Shown here one piece after another: positions 62,723 to 64,000 of a DNA stretch of 64,000 nt. The DNA comes from Hormiphora californensis (taxonomy: Eukaryota; Animalia; Ctenophora): contig CM035361.1 in the NCBI GenBank assembly GCA_020137815.1, positions 5,642,001 to 5,706,000 of the forward strand. The letters run 5' to 3'. Within the stretch, counting starts at the first letter, position 1. The number at the start of each line of letters is the position of its first letter. The notes under the pieces are model-generated. The model did no database searches and was not told the DNA's origin. It worked only from the letters and a program-made list of their open reading frames with translations. Made by a program: the position numbers and the translations under genes.

Positions 62723-64000
62723 GCACTGCAGTGCCCCGGCCCAAAAGGGGGGTTGGGGGCAGAGCCCCCACCTTAAAATCCCCTCTAACTCAAAAATAAA
62801 AGAGAGAGCACACGGAACCTTCTACCCCACAAGCGCGTTAACCTGCCAGTGCTACTATATACCATTGCAAATTTCGGGGTTTTTGATGCTTTAAAAATGC
62901 ATGTTCCAGATGAAGTAGAGGGATGAAATTTTGTACTCTGAGGGCCCTCATATAGGAGAAGAGGCATACAAAATTTCAGAATGATCGGATGTAAGGTAAA
63001 AATTTGCCAGAGGGGGTCCCAAAATGCAAAAATGTAGGGAGGGGACGGGAGGGGGACGGGAGGGGACGGGAGGGGAGGAGATTGAGTGTTCTCCTAAACC
63101 AGAAATAGTAGAGACTTGCCGTTTGGAACATTGGTTCCTTGCATTATTTGGCGTGGTATAGGCTATGTGAAAACTTCGAAATCGCCATAGTTCATTAATT
63201 ATTCATTAATTATTCATTAATTATTCATTTTAATAACTTAATTGCGTTATATCTCCACTTCGGCTCGTCCTAAAACGTTTTCATGGGTATATTCCGACTC
63301 AAAATAGTCAATTTATGGGGGGGTCGTCCCCCGGACAAAAATTCGTATCTCGCACCGTTTAGCCGTTATTTGCATATTTATGCTCAAATTCATGATTTTA
63401 TGCATACCCGTTAAAATGTCCACTTCGGCTGACCCTAGAACGTTTTCTTGGGTATATTCCGACTCAAATAGTCGATTTATGGGGGGTCGTCCCCCCGACA
63501 AAAATTCGTATCTCGCACCGTTTAGCCGTTATTTGCATATTTATGCTCAAATTTATGCATATTCTTTAAAATTTCCACTTCGGCTGACCCTAGAACGTTT
63601 TCTTGGGTATATTCAGACTCAAAATAGTCGATTTGTGGGGGGGTTGTCCCCCGGACAAAAATTCGTATCTCGCACCGTTTAGCCGTTATTTGCATATTCA
63701 TGCTCAAATTCATGATTTTATGCATACCCTTTAAAATTTCCACTTCGGCTGACCCTAAAACGTTTTCTTGGGTATATTCCGACTCAAAATAGTCGATTTA
63801 TGGGGGTCTTCCCCCAGACAAAAGTTCGTAACTCCCACCGTTTAGCCGTTATATGCATATTTATGTAGCATTCAGATCCCAAAATAAAATCAGGAAAAAA
63901 GTTGTCTCTTTTTTACACCAAAAAGAACAGAAATTTAGTCCAAAAACCAATTAAATAAATTAGTTTGGATGCCCGGGCCCATTTGGTGTCACGGGGGTAA
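62723..64000. mobile_element. Composite repeat element with four ~160-bp tandem units (63250-63865), followed by a ccaaaaaccaa-family terminus
   Basis: ccacttcggct units at ~63255, 63420, 63576 and 63740. tagtccaaaaaccaa..tttggatgcccgggccc at 63937 resembles the 12423 terminus. Confidence 0.65.

Overview
Intron-rich eukaryotic DNA, most likely a ctenophore (Pleurobrachia-like). This is an inference from the LDLa-GPCR type, a secreted 'IPWDLE..KTDS..DFYR' domain and the MITE repertoire; it was not checked by a database search. Exon structures were reconstructed by hand. Genes: (1) a two-exon LDLa-repeat 7TM GPCR without LRRs (+, 3619-7211); (2) a ~19-exon calcineurin-like 5'-nucleotidase starting MGCRVS (-, 9447-22701), with a small secreted-protein gene nested antisense in one intron (+, 14766-15594 or 16143); (3) cytosolic Hsp90 (-, 23783-30763) head-to-head with (4) MTAP (+, 31148-36250); (5) a GPI-anchored Ig+FN3 protein present as two tandem copies separated by ~3 kb of garbled, probably low-quality sequence (37151-48552); (6) a CR1/L2-type LINE whose 5' part is inverted relative to its RT (59055-62395). 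The rest is ~0.9-1 kb foldback palindromes, MITEs with TA, 3-, 8- and 9-bp TSDs, a ~60-bp micro-transposon, minisatellites and (GA)n tracts. The most unusual signals are three. Many introns carry tandem copies of their own splice site, including an in-frame acceptor ladder and a stop-containing donor array. One exon is hypervariable between two otherwise almost purely synonymously diverged IgSF copies. The LINE has a twin-priming-like geometry.
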